Below are positions 60,722 to 64,000 of a stretch of 64,000 bases of DNA, piece by piece. The stretch is from Convolutriloba macropyga. Its lineage: Eukaryota. The notes beneath the pieces are model-generated. The model had not been told where the DNA came from, did not search any database, and worked only from the letters and a program-made list of their open reading frames with translations. The stretch's first letter is position 1. Each line of letters begins with the position of its first letter. Position numbers and translations under genes: made by a program. The stretch covers positions 67,518,001 through 67,582,000 of the forward strand of contig NC_134475.1 in the NCBI RefSeq assembly GCF_964194025.1. The letters run 5' to 3'.

Positions 60722-62900
60722 CTAAAATCCTTAGTGCCAGTCAGTTTGAGGCTGGTAACGGCGAAAGTGATAATCTAACAATAAAAAGCAATTAAAAGCA
60801 GTTTGCACCAACTACTGAAACATGGAAAGATAAGTGAAAGATTTCACAGGCTCAGGAAAATTGGATTGAAACCGGCCAGGCTTTATAAACTTGCTAAAGT
60901 ACATAAAAACGGTACACTGCTTCGGCCCGTTCTGTCAATTCCCGGCAGCAGTTACGAGAACCTCAATAAATTTCTGTCACCCCCTTTTTCAGAGCTTCCA
61001 GTTGCAAATATTGAGACTAACTCGTAGGATGCAAACCACTTTAGAAGCTACCAAATTGGATGCAGATGAGCTAGTGGTATCTCTCGATGTTAAAAGCTTG
61101 TACACAAATTTACCGGTTGAGGAGGCAGTTGAAATAGCTCATAAAGTTTAGAGCACTATACTCTAGTGACGAGGTTCCTGAGATTCCGAGGTCAGCTATG
61201 AAGAACCTTTTTAGACTAGTCGTAATGAATGTTCACATTAAGTGTAAAACAACGTGGTACGCTCAAACGGACGGTTTAGCAATGGGTGCTTCGCTGGCGG
61301 TAATATTGGCAAGTTTGTGGATAAACGAGTCTGAGAAATCCTTGCAGAAACCAAATGAGGGAATGGAGAACAAAATTCCTGACATAAGGAAAGTGTGTAT
61401 TGGTAACACGTTACTTCGCGAAGAAAAGGAGTTGAGTGCGAGTCATGTAAAAACTGGTTCCATGCAAAATTTCCAGGTATCAATCACTAACATTGAGTAT
61501 AACAAATTGCAGGTAATTGATGGATCTGGTCCTATTGTGCAGAAAAATGTCTGACAGCGGACACACAGGAATGGAATTTTTCTAGAGTTATGTGGATGAC
61601 ATAGTGTGCATTGTCAAGGTGAACCCTCTAGATTACCCTGAGTATGCAAATTCTCTTCACAATAACTTACAATTCACTCTTGAGACACCCAACGATAGTT
61701 GAGACCTGGTATTCCTACATCTAAAAATGAAAGCAAACAAATAGAGGATAATTAGCTGTTTTTCGAATCAAAAACCGACAAATTTTGGGCATAATCTTAA
61801 ATTTCCGTAGCTGTGCAACATTACAACAAAAAAAAATGTGATTCAAGGGACTGTGTATCGGATTTTCAATGCAACCAGTGACTTTCAACCCTTTGATGTA
61901 GCTCTTTAGAAAAGTCAACAGATCTGGACTGGAAATCAGTATACAACTGAGTGGTCATCCAGCATTGTTATTGAGACGTCGGATAAAATAGTCACGAAGG
62001 AAAGTGTTGAAGCTAACCCCTAAAAATGAAAAACAACTCAAAATAATTAGAAGTCGTAATAAAAATGAGCCCCAACCAAGGTTTTTTGTTCAATACAGAG
62101 GAAACATTACTCAAAACTTTCCAAGTAGGCTGAAAAATGTGTGATATTTAAATCATTTTTACAACCAGGAAACTAAAAATTGGCTGGCTCACCCTAAAAT
62201 CATCTTTTGATAAGAATCTAAAATCCCATTTGGTATATAAATCTACATGAAATAGATGGAGTTCAATCTACGTTTGTCAGACCAGCTCATATGTTACCAC
62301 TAGAATTTTGAAGCTTCAAAGAAGGATTCCCCTTTGGGATAACACCTCGTTTAATGTTGTGCTACAGCGCATATATTTGAGTGGGAGATTCCAGATGCAT
62401 GTCGCGGGGTAGAAAAACTAATGACAGAAGAACCGATCTACATCAAAAAGCTGAAAACGCAAAAAAAATACGCGCGACGAGTACCGGGGGCCAGAATTGA
62501 CATTGAAGTATTAGTTCAAATGCAAAAAAATTGACATTTAAAATTCAGAAATTATTCTGGTACAAGTTAATTCAAAATTTTGCTAACTCCAACAACAAAC
62601 AAGAGATAGGAATGAAAATAGGAGCTCCTTGAAAAGAAAACAATACACCGGGGATTTTCAAAAACTCCGGAATGCAGTATGATATAATTTTTGTTAAATA
62701 AATGTAAATAATCTGTTGCAAATGTGATTTTAACTGTAAATAATTTCAAAAAATTGTTGTTACTTTAACTCAATTCTTAGAATTAGAGTCAAAGACAAGT
62801 TTATATATTTTGTAAATAATTTCATATGATATTCAAACTTGACGATCAGCGCATTTTTCGAAACGTTCGCTTTTTCAAATCAGTTCATTTGTTAATTTAC
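60722..62900 (+). mobile_element. Penelope-like retroelement (RT + GIY-YIG endonuclease), decayed
   Basis: Same RT motifs with YVDD at ~61589; LKSHLVYK..SSIYV.QT and E.IYIKKLK..N.RDEY (62215-62514); degenerate pLTR motif TTGACGAT...CGAAACG at ~62839-62866. Confidence 0.88.
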
Positions 62901-62999
62901 AATTACTTTTTTCTGCTGGTTTAAGAATAAATATGCTGCCAATACACTCCTGCGCTTGCGGGACTTCTCCATCGTCTATTCATACAACGACCAGGATGA

Positions 63000-64000
63000 T
63001 GCACTTGTGATTAAACGAGCATGATGTCAAAATTGACAAAATCTTTCATTGGACCGATTCATCAACGGTCCCACAGTGGCTACAGGCAGCAAACAAGGAA
63101 CAACAAGTGTTCGTTGCGAACAGAGCAGCGGAGATACTGGAAAACTAATCGATGGATCAATGGAGACACGTCAAAGGTGTCGAAAACCCTGCTGACATAG
63201 GAACCCGAGAAATGCCCATTGAAAGACTTCGAGAGTCTGTATGGTTAAACGGGCCGGCATGGCTACAAAAGGATGAAGATGATTGGCCAAAGCCGTGGTG
63301 CCAAGAGAACGAAGTTGAAGCTGAGCAGGCTATCAGTACTGTGGCAACAGAAACACAAGTCGAGCAGACATTTGACTGGAACCGCTACAGCAGCTTCAAT
63401 AAAACCAAAAACCCCATTGCCTATTGCATGAGATTCAAGACAAAAAGGAAGGGACCCCTCAAAGAAGAAGAGATCCATCAAGCAGAACAAATATTGTTTC
63501 GATTTGTTCAAACCGAAAGTTTCCCGAATGTTTCAAAGTCGACAGCAAACAGCAAAGAAATCTCGAAAACATTGAACATCGCCAAATTCTCATCCTTCAT
63601 AAAAGAAGATGGAACAATTTGAGTGAAATTTTGACTGAAGCATTCGAACCTTGCTTACAATGCCAAACACCCAAAACCATTGACAGCAAAGCATCCAGTA
63701 GTACAACTTCTGTTGGAGAGAGCACATCGTGACAACCTACACCAAGGCACAGGATACGTGAGAAACATGCTCCAACAAGAGTACTGGATCATTGGAATAC
63801 GAAATGCATTACGAAAAATCAAGTCGAGATGTATCAAAAGCAGACACATGAATGCCAACCCAATCCACCCACCGATGGCTGACCTATCACGACAGCGATT
63901 TGCTGAGCATGTTTTCCAATTCATCCATACCGGAGTCGATTACTTCCGACCCATTGAAATGGAATTCCTAAGACATACCTTGAAGAGATAGTGCTGCTTT
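63000..64000 (+). mobile_element. BEL/Pao element 3, 5'-truncated pol fragment (RNase H end to integrase start), running off the window
   Basis: FHWTDSSTV; FVANRAAEI; WRHVKGVENPADIGTR; HTGVDYF; several stops. Confidence 0.9.

Larger units (their letters stand above)
57528..61859 (+). repeat. Tandem duplication, two ~2165-bp units (57528-59694, 59695-61859)
   Basis: Near-identical sequence and duplicated ORF-track entries; ATC microhomology at all three junctions. Confidence 0.95.

Noticed and set aside
57528-61859. Interpreting the tandem units as the normal Penelope pLTR partial-tandem structure
   Set aside because: The repeat includes SCLT1 5' sequence and a LINE scrap and breaks mid-RT with microhomology, so it is a segmental duplication.

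Overview
AT-rich animal (invertebrate-type) nuclear DNA, not prokaryotic. One host gene is present: a minus-strand, 16-coding-exon orthologue of SCLT1 (centriole distal-appendage coiled-coil protein). It spans 19172-57519, and the exons join in frame to 685 aa. Almost everything else is mobile DNA: a degraded APE-type LINE (1-2790), a CRE-clade-like RLE retrotransposon relic, and three BEL/Pao LTR elements. One of these is a 10.35-kb copy with identical 158-bp LTRs and a TGCAC target-site duplication, lying antisense in a SCLT1 intron and carrying a ~175-bp tandem array. There is also a Penelope-like element partly caught in a 2.16-kb tandem duplication that starts 9 bp upstream of the SCLT1 ATG, several LINE RT scraps, and about 20 copies or fragments from three families of non-autonomous elements with DINE-1/Helentron (Helitron2) terminal architecture. 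The most unusual observations are (i) a decayed PHD finger inside the Penelope RT palm, between the GxxMG and YVDD motifs, (ii) three unrelated-sequence Helentron-like families sharing one architecture, all co-oriented and repeatedly nesting at one site, and (iii) a coding-dead BEL copy with identical LTRs. All alignments were made by eye and no database searches were run.
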